64,000 bases of DNA. Source: Vicinamibacteria bacterium. GTDB lineage: Bacteria; Acidobacteriota; Vicinamibacteria; Marinacidobacterales; Marinacidobacteraceae. The notes beneath the pieces are model-generated. The model saw nothing but the letters and a program-made list of their open reading frames with translations, was not told the origin of the DNA and searched no databases. Below, piece after piece: positions 40,549-50,881 of this stretch (position 1 is the first letter of the stretch; each line of letters begins with the position of its first letter). A program made the position numbers and the translations under genes. The stretch spans positions 2,208,001-2,272,000 of the forward strand of contig OY729431.1 in the NCBI GenBank assembly GCA_963422395.1, read 5' to 3'.

Positions 40549-42585
40549 CTAGTTACTCACCTTGCAAGTGAGGAATTTGCTGATGTCGTCGGAGGACAGC
40601 TTATCGGCAGGATCTTTTCCTCTTCCAATGCCCGTCTCGCCGCTGGCATCCCAGTCGCAGGTGATGGTGTACGACTTCTCGACCGAGCAGGCTTTCTTGA
40701 AGTTGTCGGTGAAAGTGATCTTGGTCTCGATCTCGACATCCTCGGCGTCGCAGAGAGTGCCGTCGGTCTTGTCTTTCCCGGATTTGGCCTCGCCGCCATC
40801 GTCAGCGCTGCAAACCCGTGCGTCGTCGCCTTCTTCAAAATTCTCCGCCGTGTCGTCTCCACTGGGATCGGCATCTACCTTTCCGAGATCGCCGTAGAGC
40901 GGGTCGCCGTCCTTGTCCAGCAACGGGACCCAGACGGTGCCGCGGTCGCGTGCTTCATCTCCGGTTCTCTTGGCAACCATGCCTTGGTTGTCACCGTCCG
41001 CATAGAGATCCATGGGAGCTTTCTTCATATCATTCGATCCATCGTGGTACCAAAGGGCGGTATAGCGTTCCCCGGAAGCATCACCGAAATCGAGATCGAG
41101 GCCTACAAGCCTCGACGAGGTCGAGTTGGTGCCTACGAATCCCTTGACTTCGATCTTCGATGGATGGGCCTGATCGACTTCCGCCTCGAAGAGTTCGCAG
41201 ACATCCACCTGGTCGGCGGCCGCGAACGACACGGGCTCACAGTCGATACTCTTGAACTCATCCCACGCGATATTGCCGTATTTCACTCCGGCGCCGCTCG
41301 GCGACAGGGACACCTGGTAGGCCGACAGGTAATCCATGTCGGTGTGGAGACGGAAACAGGTTTCCGGCTCACGGAGGTCGGAAGCCTTCGCGCCGGTGTA
41401 AGTCGCACACGCCGACTCGTGCTCGTCGTTGGTGTCGTTATCCTCGGTGGCGTCGTAAGTCACGGCTTTCCCGATCGTGTCCGGCATCGGGAATCCCTTG
41501 GCACTCTTGCTCTTTCCGACCTTGCTGCTCTTTCCGTTGACGAACGGCCCGAAGTCATGGGTCGCGTCGAACTGGACATTTGCCGTGTAGGTCCAACCCA
41601 TGTCGTAGCCGTCCTTTACTCCATTCGAGTCGTCTTTGCCGTCGTTGTCCACCATGCCGACTTGGAGCGTCAGCGTCGGGTCCCAGGCTTCGCAAGCCGC
41701 CGAGTTGGAGATTCCGATCTCCGGGGCATCCTCGCCGGCAACACACTCGAACGGACCGCAGGTCACATACGACATATCGCCCGTCGGCTCTGCCTCCTGG
41801 TTTGCACCCACGGTGACCCGTACCACCTTGAAGGTCACTCCCTTCGATACCACATCGCTCTGCAGCGCCTCCCAGCTCACATTCTCGAACGGCATGTTGC
41901 TCCCCTTCGAAACCTGAACCCCGCTCGCGCCCTCGACGAACATCGGCGTGATCAACGCATCCGTCTTCGACTCCACCGAAAGCTCCGGGTTCACCGATGC
42001 CATCGCCGTCGCCTTGCTCTTGCCGTCGTCCGGCACCATCGGATGCGCGTTCTTCGCTCCGTCAGCCAGCGAGAAGGTCACGGATACCGGGTCCGGGGCC
42101 GGCGGCTTCGGCGGCGGCGGCTCGTCCGATGTCCCCGTCACATGCGTGGACCACGCACTCAGCACCGCATCCGGCGGCGCCGTCGCTGCTGCCGCTACCC
42201 GCGCATACACCGTCGCTCCCGGCTCGATATCCGCCACCGTATAGGTCGGCTCTACCGTCGCAACGACCGCATCCTCATCGGTGAAAATCTCGTCGGTGCT
42301 CACCTGTACCGCATAGCCGACCGCGCCCTCGACCGCAGTCCAGCTGTAGGTCACCGAAGTCTCCGTCGTCGCCGAAACCATCAGCCCGCTCGGAGTGGCC
42401 GGCGCCGACGGAACCTCCGGTTCCGGTTCAGGTGCCGGAGCTGGGGCCGGGGCCGGAGCCGGTGCCGGGGTCGCCGGCGCATCGTCATCGCCGCATCCCG
42501 AAAGCACGAGTCCCGCGCCCAGGAACATGGCAAGAAGGAGAATCAGTCCCCGTACAGGGACCGATTTCCTTGTGATCTGCTTCAT
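40549..42585 (-). CDS. FN3/Cys-rich surface lipoprotein variant A, complete (likely expressed copy)
   Basis: AGGAGG RBS, ATG at 42585, signal MKQITRKSVPVRGLILLLAMFLGAGLVLSGC (lipobox), PA-rich linker, FN3 domain, acidic Cys-rich body. Confidence 0.88.
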   Translation of the reverse strand: MKQITRKSVPVRGLILLLAMFLGAGLVLSGCGDDDAPATPAPAPAPAPAPAPEPEPEVPSAPATPSGLMVSATTETSVTYSWTAVEGAVGYAVQVSTDEIFTDEDAVVATVEPTYTVADIEPGATVYARVAAAATAPPDAVLSAWSTHVTGTSDEPPPPKPPAPDPVSVTFSLADGAKNAHPMVPDDGKSKATAMASVNPELSVESKTDALITPMFVEGASGVQVSKGSNMPFENVSWEALQSDVVSKGVTFKVVRVTVGANQEAEPTGDMSYVTCGPFECVAGEDAPEIGISNSAACEAWDPTLTLQVGMVDNDGKDDSNGVKDGYDMGWTYTANVQFDATHDFGPFVNGKSSKVGKSKSAKGFPMPDTIGKAVTYDATEDNDTNDEHESACATYTGAKASDLREPETCFRLHTDMDYLSAYQVSLSPSGAGVKYGNIAWDEFKSIDCEPVSFAAADQVDVCELFEAEVDQAHPSKIEVKGFVGTNSTSSRLVGLDLDFGDASGERYTALWYHDGSNDMKKAPMDLYADGDNQGMVAKRTGDEARDRGTVWVPLLDKDGDPLYGDLGKVDADPSGDDTAENFEEGDDARVCSADDGGEAKSGKDKTDGTLCDAEDVEIETKITFTDNFKKACSVEKSYTITCDWDASGETGIGRGKDPADKLSSDDISKFLTCKVSN
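42086..42542 (-). repeat. Right arm of a long inverted repeat (pairs with 37936-38392)
   Basis: Reverse complement matches the left arm; the outer boundary falls within the signal-peptide coding sequence. Confidence 0.93.
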
Positions 42586-43056
42586 TTCGCCTACCTCCTG
42601 TAGGGCGTGTTGGGACAGGACAAAGGCCCGATGGGGGCCCAGCACCGTCTCATGTATTTCATTCCTACCTCCGGTAGGACAGGGTGGCGTCGCTACGATT
42701 TCGCACCGGGCCGACCGTGCGGAGAGTATAGGCACGGCGGCTTGGAGAGGCAATATGCCAAACATGCGGAATCCCGAAGCCAGCACCTCCCGCACAGCGG
42801 GTGGGGGAGCTCGGGGCGAACATTCCCGTGAACTCCATCACATCGGAACGGCGATTGTCAAGGTGCCGTCCGGCCCGTGGGGAGGGCATGGAAGCCGGGC
42901 ATGAGGGGTGGGAGCGGATCTGCGGGGGCGGCCGACCACCGCGAGCCGGTCATCACCCCCGGTCCTGCCTTCGACTCATGCCAGCCGAACGCACGCACGA
43001 GAGCTGGACTCGAAGACCCGTCGAAGACCCCGTTCTCCGGGAGAACCGGAGCCGCC

Positions 43057-43130
43057 TCGGGGCGGCAGGATTTGAACCTGCGACCCCCTGATCCCGAACC
43101 AGGTGCTCTGCCAGACTGAGCCACGCCCCG
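43057..43130 (-). tRNA. tRNA-Pro (CGG)
   Basis: CGGGGCGTGGCTCAGTCTGGCAGAGC...CCTGG-TTCGGGA-TCAGG...GGTTCAAATCC; CCA not encoded. Confidence 0.95.
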
Positions 43131-43224
43131 GCGGCGGAAGAGATTGTAGCGACGGGGATTCGACGGTCCCGAAGCGAGCGCCCCGCCCGGACCGCGCTCG
43201 TCGGAATCGGCTGCCCGGGGCGGT

Positions 43225-43301
43225 TGGTCGGGACGGCCGGATTTGAACCGACGACCACTTGCACCCCAAGCAAGTGCGCTACCAGACTGCGCCACGTCCC
43301 G
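43225..43301 (-). tRNA. tRNA-Pro (GGG)
   Basis: CGGGACGTGGCGCAGTCTGGTAGCGC...CTTGC-TTGGGGT-GCAAG...GGTTCAAATCC...CCA. Confidence 0.95.
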
Positions 43302-43366
43302 ACGGGTCCCGGCCGACCCGGCCGGCGTGTTCCCCTGTGGGGCCTTCGAGATTCTAATCGGGCGGT

Positions 43367-43879
43367 CTAATCGGGGCGGTCGTCCAGGAGCCGGGCCAAC
43401 GTACGGTCGTTCTCTTCCATCAGGTCGAGCGCCTCGCGGAGGCGGCGGCGGTCCTCCGAAGACAGCCTCGGGACCGCCGGCGCCGCGTCCGGCATCGGCG
43501 CCGGGTTTCGAGAAGCTTCCGGGGATGGGCGCGCAGGGACCGCGGGATTCCGCAGCGAAGGCGAAGGAGCGGGCGATTGGGAACCGGCGCGCCGCTGGCG
43601 GCCCTTCCGCGCCTCCCGCCGCTTCTCCGACAGCAGCCGGCGCGCTCCGGCGGTGGTGTACCCGTCGCGGTGCAGGAGGCGCTGGATTTCCTGCACCATC
43701 TCGATGTCTTCCCGGCGATAGAGGCGTTGGCCGGCGTCGTTCTTCTTCGGGCTCAGCGTCGGGAACTCCATCTCCCAGTGCCGAAGGGTGTACGGCTGGA
43801 CTCCGGTGAGCTCGCTGACCTCGCCGATGCGGAAATAGAGCTTGTCGGGGATGGCGGGGCGGGCTGCTTCACCGGTCAT
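43367..43879 (-). CDS. MerR family transcriptional regulator
   Basis: IPDKLYFRIGEVSELTGVQPYTLRHWE...GQRLYRREDI; the type commonly found upstream of tRNA-Pro(GGG). Confidence 0.9.
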   Translation of the reverse strand: MTGEAARPAIPDKLYFRIGEVSELTGVQPYTLRHWEMEFPTLSPKKNDAGQRLYRREDIEMVQEIQRLLHRDGYTTAGARRLLSEKRREARKGRQRRAGSQSPAPSPSLRNPAVPARPSPEASRNPAPMPDAAPAVPRLSSEDRRRLREALDLMEENDRTLARLLDDRPD

Positions 43880-44107
43880 CGCCAGGACCCGCACTCGATG
43901 CTTTCGGGCAGGGGCTGCGACGAACGGAAGAAGGGGGCGAGGCACAGCATGGAAACGAGAGCGCGCCCGGTGCGCCGATCGCCAGCGGGGAAACCGGGGA
44001 CCACTGCGAGATCCGCCTCGTTCAAGGTTTCGTCCGTTTCGCTCTTCCCCCGGCCGATTCGGGGATGGAGACAGCCTGATTCTACGGCAGATTCTGCGGC
44101 GGGCAGA

Positions 44108-45484
44108 TCAGGCCGAGGTGTGCCGCCGCGGCTCTCTGGTTTCGAGAGTGAGGCGGAGCGGAACTCCGGCGAAGCCGTAGCGGCGCCGGAGCGCCCCGAT
44201 CAGAAAGCGCGGGTAGGAAGGAAGGATGTCCGCCCGGCGGCAGTTCGTGAAGACGCGAAAACGCGGGGGCGCCACCCCCGACTGGTAGCCGTAGAGCAGC
44301 TTGACCTCCCGGCCCCGGCGCGAGCGCGGAGCGAATCGGGAGGAAGTCTCGGCGAGGAACCGGTTCACCTCCGGGGTGGGAAGCCGCCTCCGCGTTTGGG
44401 CATGCACCCGGAACGCCGCCTTCCACACCGCCTCGAGACCCTGGCCCGTCTTCGCCGAGACCCGCAATACCGGAGCGTGGCCGATATGCCGCAACCGCTC
44501 CGCCGCTTCGAGGCGCAGTTCGGCCCAACGGACGGCCCGCGAAGTCACCAGGTCCCAGCGGTTCGCCAGCACCACCACTCCCGGACCCGCCTGCTCGATC
44601 AGTCGGGCGATCTGGGCGTCCCGGGTGGTCAAACCATCCGAGGCATCCGTGATCAGAAGAGCCAGGTCGGCGCGGCGGATCGACTTCTGGGCGAGCAGGA
44701 CTGCCAGAGAGTCCGCTTCCTCGAAGCCCTCCCCCGAGCGGCGGCCCCTCCGCCGGATGCCGGCGGTGTCCACGAGCAGCACCGGCCGGCCGCCGATTTC
44801 GATGCGGGTGTCCACGGGATCGCGGGTGGTTCCGGCCACCGGGGAGACGAGCGCGCGTTCGAAGCCGGCGAAGCGGTTGAGGAGGGTGGATTTGCCCATG
44901 TTCGCGCGCCCGACGATGGCGACCCGGATGGCGTCGTCCGCCGCCGCCCCTTCCGGCGGGGAAACCCCGCAGCCGACGGAAACCGGCGCCCGATGCAGGG
45001 TTTCGACGAGTCGATCGAGCAGCTCGGCGACACCGAGGCCGTGCTCCGCGGAAACCGGGAGGGGATCGCCGAGCCCCAGGGCGTGGAATTCGACAGCCGC
45101 CGCCTCGTGGATCCCCTCCGCCTTGTTGGCGGCGAGCAGGACCGGAGGCCGACGCGGGTCTCGGCGCAGCACCTCGGCCAGTTCCTGGTCGGCGGGCGTG
45201 AGTCCGGTGCGCGCGTCCACCACCAGGACCACGGCGTCGCTCGCCGAAGCCGCCCTCTCCGCAAAGACACGGATTTCGCGGGCGAAGGGCGAGGCGTCAG
45301 GCGCCCCTGCCCCGCCGGTGTCGTGGAGGCGGAACGAGACTCCGCGCCAGACGACCGGCTCGAAGCGGCCGTCGCGGGTCGAACCGGAGCGGGCGTGGAC
45401 GATGGCCGGGCGGCCGCCGACGATCCGGTTGAAGAGGGTGGATTTCCCCACATTCGGGCGCCCGAAGAGAGTCGCCTGCTTCAC
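44108..45484 (-). CDS. der: Ribosome biogenesis GTPase Der
   Basis: Two G domains: GRPNVGKS/TRD/DTGG and GRANMGKS/GTTRD/DTAGIRR. Confidence 0.93.
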   Translation of the reverse strand: MKQATLFGRPNVGKSTLFNRIVGGRPAIVHARSGSTRDGRFEPVVWRGVSFRLHDTGGAGAPDASPFAREIRVFAERAASASDAVVLVVDARTGLTPADQELAEVLRRDPRRPPVLLAANKAEGIHEAAAVEFHALGLGDPLPVSAEHGLGVAELLDRLVETLHRAPVSVGCGVSPPEGAAADDAIRVAIVGRANMGKSTLLNRFAGFERALVSPVAGTTRDPVDTRIEIGGRPVLLVDTAGIRRRGRRSGEGFEEADSLAVLLAQKSIRRADLALLITDASDGLTTRDAQIARLIEQAGPGVVVLANRWDLVTSRAVRWAELRLEAAERLRHIGHAPVLRVSAKTGQGLEAVWKAAFRVHAQTRRRLPTPEVNRFLAETSSRFAPRSRRGREVKLLYGYQSGVAPPRFRVFTNCRRADILPSYPRFLIGALRRRYGFAGVPLRLTLETREPRRHTSA

Positions 45485-45541
45485 GGGGCGGCTCCTGGCA
45501 GCCTGGGGAACAGCGGCGACGGAACCCCGGGTGAGGAAAAG

Positions 45542-45811
45542 TCAGCGGATGTCGCGAAGCCCTCGTCCGGTGCGGAACCGCACCATCCGCCCCGGCGGGA
45601 TCGGCACCTCCTCGCCGGTGCGGGGGTTTCTGGCCATTCCGGTCTTGCGGGGGGAGGTGTGGAGGATTCCGAATCGGCGGACCACGACCCGCTCGCCGCG
45701 CACCAGCGCCGCGCTCACCTGCTCGAACAGCGCCTCCACCGAGGCGCGGCAATCCTTGCGCCGCAGGCCGGTTGCGGCCGCACTCCGTTCGATCAGATCC
45801 GCCTTGACCAT
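45542..45811 (-). CDS. HU/IHF family DNA-binding protein
   Basis: MVKADLI...GERVVVRRFG...ARNPRTGEEVPIP...VRFR. Confidence 0.92.
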   Translation of the reverse strand: MVKADLIERSAAATGLRRKDCRASVEALFEQVSAALVRGERVVVRRFGILHTSPRKTGMARNPRTGEEVPIPPGRMVRFRTGRGLRDIR

Positions 45812-45840
45812 GGGCCGGATGTTAGCAGCCCGGTGCGCGA

Positions 45841-46180
45841 TCCGGGAACGGGACGGGGTGTTCAGGTCGTGTCTCGCGGTCTCGTGGGAAGGGAGGAAAT
45901 GCCCCGTTCCCGGACCGCCCGGCGCTTCGCGCCGTGAATCCGAACTCCTGCCGGAGGCAGCGAGTCCGGATTCCGAATTACCGTCTTGTGAAAGGGGACA
46001 CCCCTTTCACACTTGCCCCGGCTGCGACGCGTCCGAGGCAAAGCCTCGGCCGCAGCATGTTTTTGGACCACGGGCGGCCAGACCGGCGATGCCCAGTCCT
46101 CCCGGTGGGGACCCGGCGAAGCCCTCACCGGGAGCACTGGACCGCTCTTGGGGATCGCGCCGCTTCATCCACAGATCGTT
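45841..46180 (+). repeat. Structured interspersed repeat, copy B, ending in a degenerate MITE right end
   Basis: Same hairpin modules as copies A and C; ends ACCGCTCTTGGGGATCGCGCCGCTTCATCCACAG. Confidence 0.8.
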
Positions 46181-46191
46181 GGGAACGGCAT

Positions 46192-48513
46192 CTACGGATC
46201 GTCGGCGATCGTCAGACGGCGCGCCAGGGAAGAGACCCCGAGCAGGCGGTGGAGGCGGCGGCGAAGGGACAGGTGGACCCCGGGGTCGGCCTTGAGCAGG
46301 ACCTGCCAGCGCGCCAGGCCCTGGGCCGAGGGGCCGGGCGCGGGAGCAGGCCCGAGAACCTCGACGCCCCGCCCGGCGGAATCGGCCGCGAGGCACTCGG
46401 CGAGCCGGGCAGCGGCGGCTTCCGCCTCGCGGGAGCGGCGGTCGGCGACCGTCAGGGTGGTGAGGCGAACGAACGGCGGATAGCGGAAACGCCGGCGCAT
46501 CTCCTGTTCGGCCTCGCGGAACGCCTCGTAGTCCTGGCGCGCGGCAGCGGCTACCGCATAGTGGTCGGGCTTCATCGTCTGGATGAGCACCCGGCCGGGA
46601 ACCTCGCCCCGGCCCGCCCGGCCCGCCGCCTGGGTGAGGAGCTGGAAGGTCCGCTCCGCAGCGCGGAAGTCCGGCGCCCCGAGGCCGCCGTCAGCGCCGA
46701 TCACTCCAACGAGCGTCACCTCGGGGAAGTCGTGCCCCTTGGCGATCATCTGGGTCCCCACGAGGATGCGGATCTCGCCGCGGCGGAAGCCGTCGAGGAC
46801 GCGGGCGTGGCTGCCGCGGGCGCGGGTGGTATCGCGATCGAAGCGCTCCACGCGGACCGCCGGCAGGAGGCGCGCCACCTCCTCCTCGACCCTCTCGGTA
46901 CCGAACCCGTCGGAGCGGAGCACTTCGCCGGTGCAGGCGGGGCAGGCCTCGGGCGGTGCGATCCCGAGGCCGCAAGAGTGGCAGACGGCGAGATGCCCGC
47001 GCTGGTGGAGGGTGAAGGCGATCTGGCAGCGGTCGCAGGCGACGATCTCCCCGCAGCGCAGGCACATGAGACGCCCGCCGTAACCTCGCCGGTTCAGGAG
47101 TACCAGCGCCTGCCGGCCTTCGCGCACCGTCGCGGCCAGCGCCGCGGCGAGCGGCGGCGAGAGAACGAGCGAGCCGCGGCGATCCGGATCTGCCCGATGG
47201 GCGCGGAAGACGGGGCGCATGTCCACGAACTCCACCTCGGGAAGCCGGCGGCCGCCGATCCGCCGGGGGAGCCGAAGCCGGGTCAGCTGGCCCGAGGCCG
47301 CGGCGTGGGCGGCTTCGAGCGATGGGGTCGCCGAGCCGAGGACGAGAACGGCGCCTTCGGCGCGGGCCCGGAACCAGGCGGCCTGACGGGCGTGGTAGCG
47401 GGGCGCCTCTCCCTGCTGGTAGGCGGCGTCGTGCTCTTCGTCGAGGACCACGAGGCCGAGGCCGGCCAGCGGGGCGAAGACGGCAGAGCGTGCGCCGAGG
47501 ACGATGCGCGCCTCTCCGGTGCGGACGCGCCAGAACGCCTCGCGGCGCTCTCTCGCCGTGAGTCCGCTGTGGAAGACCGCGAGCCCCGCGCCGAAGCGGT
47601 GCCGCAGCAACTCTTCGGCGCGAGCGGCGAGCGCGATCTCGGGGACGAGCAGGAGCGCACTGCGTCCGCCAGCGAGGCAGTCGGCGATCCCCCGGAAATA
47701 CACCTCGGTCTTGCCGCTGCCGGTGATCCCGTGGAGGAGGAACGGAGCGAAGCGGCGGGTGGCGAGGGCGTCGGCGATCTGACCGGCCGCGGCTTGCTGG
47801 TCCGCAGTGAGGAGAGGCGGTGCCGGGAACGGCGGCGGAGGCTCCGGCGCTTCGCCAGGGGACGGTGCGGCGGGCGGGGTATGCGGGATGACCGCCGCAT
47901 CCGCTTTCGAGGAGAGCCGCTCGGCGGCGAGGGTCAGGAGGCCCTCGCGTTCGAGACGGGCGAAGCTGCGCCCCCGAGGGAGGTCGAGTTCCCTGCGGAT
48001 CCGGACCAGGGGGACCGGGCCGCCGGAGACGGCGAGGAGGGTGAGGATCCGGCGGTCGTCCCGTCGGAGGACCGGGAGCCCCTTCGCCGGGCCGCCGTCG
48101 CCTTCGCCGAGCCGGGCCGCCCCCTCCGGGGTGATGCGGGCGGCGAGCAGGCGCCGGGCCGCGCCCGCCGCAGACGGCGGCGGCGGGAGCATGGCGCGGA
48201 GGACGAGGCCGAGCGGGCAGACGGTGCTCTCCGAGAGCCGGCGGGCGAGGTCGAGAAGGCTTTCGGGAAGGGCGGGGAGAGGGTCGTCGAGGCGGGCGGC
48301 AACCGGCTTTCGCGCGCGGCCCGGCAGCGAGCGGCCCGCGGGTTCGAGGGCGGGGCCGAGGACGACGCCGACGAGCTCCCGCGGACCGAAGGGGACGCGG
48401 ACGCGGGCTCCCGGAGGGAGGCTGGTCTCTCCGGGGTGGAGGAGGGCTTCGGGAAGCTCGTAGGAGAAGCTGGTCGGCAGCGGGCGCGGAACCGCGACCT
48501 CGACGCCGCGCAA
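46192..48513 (-). CDS. priA: Primosomal protein N' (replication restart helicase)
   Basis: [32 protein letters not shown], Cys zinc clusters, [19 protein letters not shown]. Confidence 0.95.
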   Translation of the reverse strand: MRGVEVAVPRPLPTSFSYELPEALLHPGETSLPPGARVRVPFGPRELVGVVLGPALEPAGRSLPGRARKPVAARLDDPLPALPESLLDLARRLSESTVCPLGLVLRAMLPPPPSAAGAARRLLAARITPEGAARLGEGDGGPAKGLPVLRRDDRRILTLLAVSGGPVPLVRIRRELDLPRGRSFARLEREGLLTLAAERLSSKADAAVIPHTPPAAPSPGEAPEPPPPFPAPPLLTADQQAAAGQIADALATRRFAPFLLHGITGSGKTEVYFRGIADCLAGGRSALLLVPEIALAARAEELLRHRFGAGLAVFHSGLTARERREAFWRVRTGEARIVLGARSAVFAPLAGLGLVVLDEEHDAAYQQGEAPRYHARQAAWFRARAEGAVLVLGSATPSLEAAHAAASGQLTRLRLPRRIGGRRLPEVEFVDMRPVFRAHRADPDRRGSLVLSPPLAAALAATVREGRQALVLLNRRGYGGRLMCLRCGEIVACDRCQIAFTLHQRGHLAVCHSCGLGIAPPEACPACTGEVLRSDGFGTERVEEEVARLLPAVRVERFDRDTTRARGSHARVLDGFRRGEIRILVGTQMIAKGHDFPEVTLVGVIGADGGLGAPDFRAAERTFQLLTQAAGRAGRGEVPGRVLIQTMKPDHYAVAAAARQDYEAFREAEQEMRRRFRYPPFVRLTTLTVADRRSREAEAAAARLAECLAADSAGRGVEVLGPAPAPGPSAQGLARWQVLLKADPGVHLSLRRRLHRLLGVSSLARRLTIADDP

Positions 48514-48517
48514 CTAG

Positions 48518-49261
48518 TCAGCCGGGATCGAGCCCGCGAGTCCGCGAACCGACCGCGCCGGCACCGGAGGGGCCCGCGAGAACCTCGAGAGCGAGCCGGG
48601 CGTCCGCGAGCACTTCGCGCTTGAGGTCGAAGAGGCGGTCTCCCTCGGCGCGCAGCAGGTACGCCGGGTGGAAAGTCGCCACCGTCGGGATGCCGTCGAA
48701 GTCGCGGACCGATCCGCGCGCCGCGCCGATGCCGCGCAGCTCGGGAAAGAGCGCCCGCACCGCGACGCTTCCGAGGATGCAGAGGACACGGGGGCGGATC
48801 GATGCGATCTGGCGCTTCAGGAAGGGCAGGCAGGCCGCCACCTCGTCGGGTTTCGGGTTGCGGTTCTGCGGGGGGCGGCATTTCACGATGTTCGCGATGT
48901 ACACCTGGCGGCGCTGTCGTCCGAAGCATTTCTGGATCATTTCGGTGAGCAGCCGTCCCGCGGCGCCCACGAAAGGCTCGCCCCGGCGGTCCTCCTCCGC
49001 TCCCGGCCCCTCGCCGATGAACATGAGCTCGGCGTTCGGGTCACCGATCCCGAAGACGATGGTGCGGCGCTGTTCGGCGAGGCGGCAGCGCTGGCAGTCG
49101 CCGAGATCGGCGCGGACGGCTCCGAGCGATTCGGCGGATCCAAGAGATGCGGGGGGGGCGGGTTCGAGTTCGGGAACGAAGTCGGTGAAGGCGCGCAGCA
49201 GCCGAAGCCGGGCGGCGGCCTGGGCCCGGAGAGAGTCCGCCGGGGGCGGCGCGAGAGTCAT
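48518..49261 (-). CDS. Uracil-DNA glycosylase family 4
   Basis: [35 protein letters not shown]. Confidence 0.92.
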   Translation of the reverse strand: MTLAPPPADSLRAQAAARLRLLRAFTDFVPELEPAPPASLGSAESLGAVRADLGDCQRCRLAEQRRTIVFGIGDPNAELMFIGEGPGAEEDRRGEPFVGAAGRLLTEMIQKCFGRQRRQVYIANIVKCRPPQNRNPKPDEVAACLPFLKRQIASIRPRVLCILGSVAVRALFPELRGIGAARGSVRDFDGIPTVATFHPAYLLRAEGDRLFDLKREVLADARLALEVLAGPSGAGAVGSRTRGLDPG

Positions 49262-50667
49262 GCGGACGGGAGGGATGGGGACTCTGCTGCGCGGGCCGGA
49301 TCAAGGGCGAGGCGGCGGGCGGCGGCCGACCAGATCGCGTCCGCGAGCTCCCGCTTCGACTCGGGCGCCCGGCGGCTGACGACCGGGGGCGCCTCCGGAC
49401 GGCGCTCAACCAGCACCGCTTCGGTCCGACTGCTGCCGAAGACCCTGCCATCGCCGAAGCTGCCCTCGCCGAACCGGTCCTGGCCGACGCGGTTGCCCAC
49501 GATCAGGTCGCACCGCTTCTCGTCCAGCTTGCGGAGGGCCTCGGCTTCGGGATCGGCGGTCTCGGCAGCGAAGCCGATCAGCACCGGCGGACCTGCGGCC
49601 GGATTCTCCGCGCGGGCGGCGCCCAGCCCGGCGAGGATGTCCGGGTTCGGCGCGAGACGGATGGAGGCCGGCCCGGCGAAAGCGCGCCGCGAGGCGGCAG
49701 CCTTGCGCTTCTGTCCGGAGAGGTCCTCGGGTCGGAAATCCGCGACGGCCGCGGCCATCACCACCGCGTCCGCGCCGACGGCGCCGGCCCGCACCGCATC
49801 GCGCATCTCGATGGCGGTCTCCACCCGGACCAGTGCGGCTCCGCCGGGGGGAACGAGGGCAGTGGGGCCGAGGACGAGGGTGACCGCCGCGCCGCGGTCG
49901 AGAGCGGCACGGGCCAGCTCGATGCCCATCCGACCCGAGGAGCGGTTCGAGAGGTAACGCACCGGGTCGAGCGGTTCGCGGGTCGGGCCGGCCGAGATCA
50001 CCACCCGGCGGCCAGCGAGATCGCGGGGCGGCGGGGGGGCGCCGGAGAGAGCTTTCCCCGGGCCGGCGGCGGTTGCTGCGGAAGGGGAAGCAGCCAGCAC
50101 GGATTCGACGGCGGCCGCCAGGTCCGGGAGCTCCGCGAGCCGGCCCGGCCCCATCCAGCCGCAGGCGAGCTCCCCTGCCCCTGGCTCGATGATCCGGGCG
50201 CCGCGGGCGCGGAGGGTCTCCAGATGGGTGCGAACCGCCGGATGGTCCAGCATGTTCGTGTTCATCGCGGGGGCGATGAGGGTGGGAGCGCGAACCGCGA
50301 GGTGGAAGGTGGTGAGGAAATCGTCGGCGAGACCGAGCGCGAGACGGGCGATCGCGTGGGCGCCGGCAGGGGCGACGAGAAAGATGTCGGTCTCCTCGGT
50401 GAGCGAGATGTGGCGAATGCCGCCGGTGCCGGTGTCTGCGGCGAAGCCCTCGGAGGGAAAGAGGGGTCCCAGCACCGGTTCCCCGGAGACGGTCTCCAGG
50501 GAAAGCGGGGAGACGAACTCGCGGGCGGCGCGGGTGAGGATCACCTGCACCCGGAGACCTCGTTTGCGGAGCAGGCGGACGAGATCGGGGGTCTTGTAGG
50601 CGCCGATGCAGCCGGTCACCCCGAGGACGACCTTCCTGGACACAGGTCTGGACACCTGCCCGGACAT
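49258..50667 (-). CDS. coaBC: Phosphopantothenoylcysteine decarboxylase/ligase
   Basis: [53 protein letters not shown]; exact start uncertain (50667-50727). Confidence 0.93.
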   Translation of the reverse strand: MSGQVSRPVSRKVVLGVTGCIGAYKTPDLVRLLRKRGLRVQVILTRAAREFVSPLSLETVSGEPVLGPLFPSEGFAADTGTGGIRHISLTEETDIFLVAPAGAHAIARLALGLADDFLTTFHLAVRAPTLIAPAMNTNMLDHPAVRTHLETLRARGARIIEPGAGELACGWMGPGRLAELPDLAAAVESVLAASPSAATAAGPGKALSGAPPPPRDLAGRRVVISAGPTREPLDPVRYLSNRSSGRMGIELARAALDRGAAVTLVLGPTALVPPGGAALVRVETAIEMRDAVRAGAVGADAVVMAAAVADFRPEDLSGQKRKAAASRRAFAGPASIRLAPNPDILAGLGAARAENPAAGPPVLIGFAAETADPEAEALRKLDEKRCDLIVGNRVGQDRFGEGSFGDGRVFGSSRTEAVLVERRPEAPPVVSRRAPESKRELADAIWSAAARRLALDPARAAESPSLPSA

Positions 50668-50881
50668 GGACCTGGGAGCAGCCTCGGGCACCGGCATCGG
50701 AAAGGAGTCCGGAACTACGGCAGTCATGGAAAGCGGTCGGCCATTCTCGCACCGCTTGCTCGGGGACGCCCCCGCCGCAAGGAGCGGGTGCGGCCCGGCA
50801 ACCGAAGAAAGATCCGGTAGGGGTGGCTGGTTGCGATGATGCGCCGGATTCCATCCACCGAAGCGAAATAGGATGGTCCCG

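Noticed and set aside
37936-42542. Diversity-generating retroelement (TR/VR) as an explanation for the paired genes
   Set aside because: No reverse transcriptase in the window, differences are not adenine-specific, and the shared part is the 5' end in inverted orientation.
34090-43056. Prophage or ICE interpretation of the integrase region
   Set aside because: No phage structural, replication or conjugation genes; the cargo is only surface lipoproteins.
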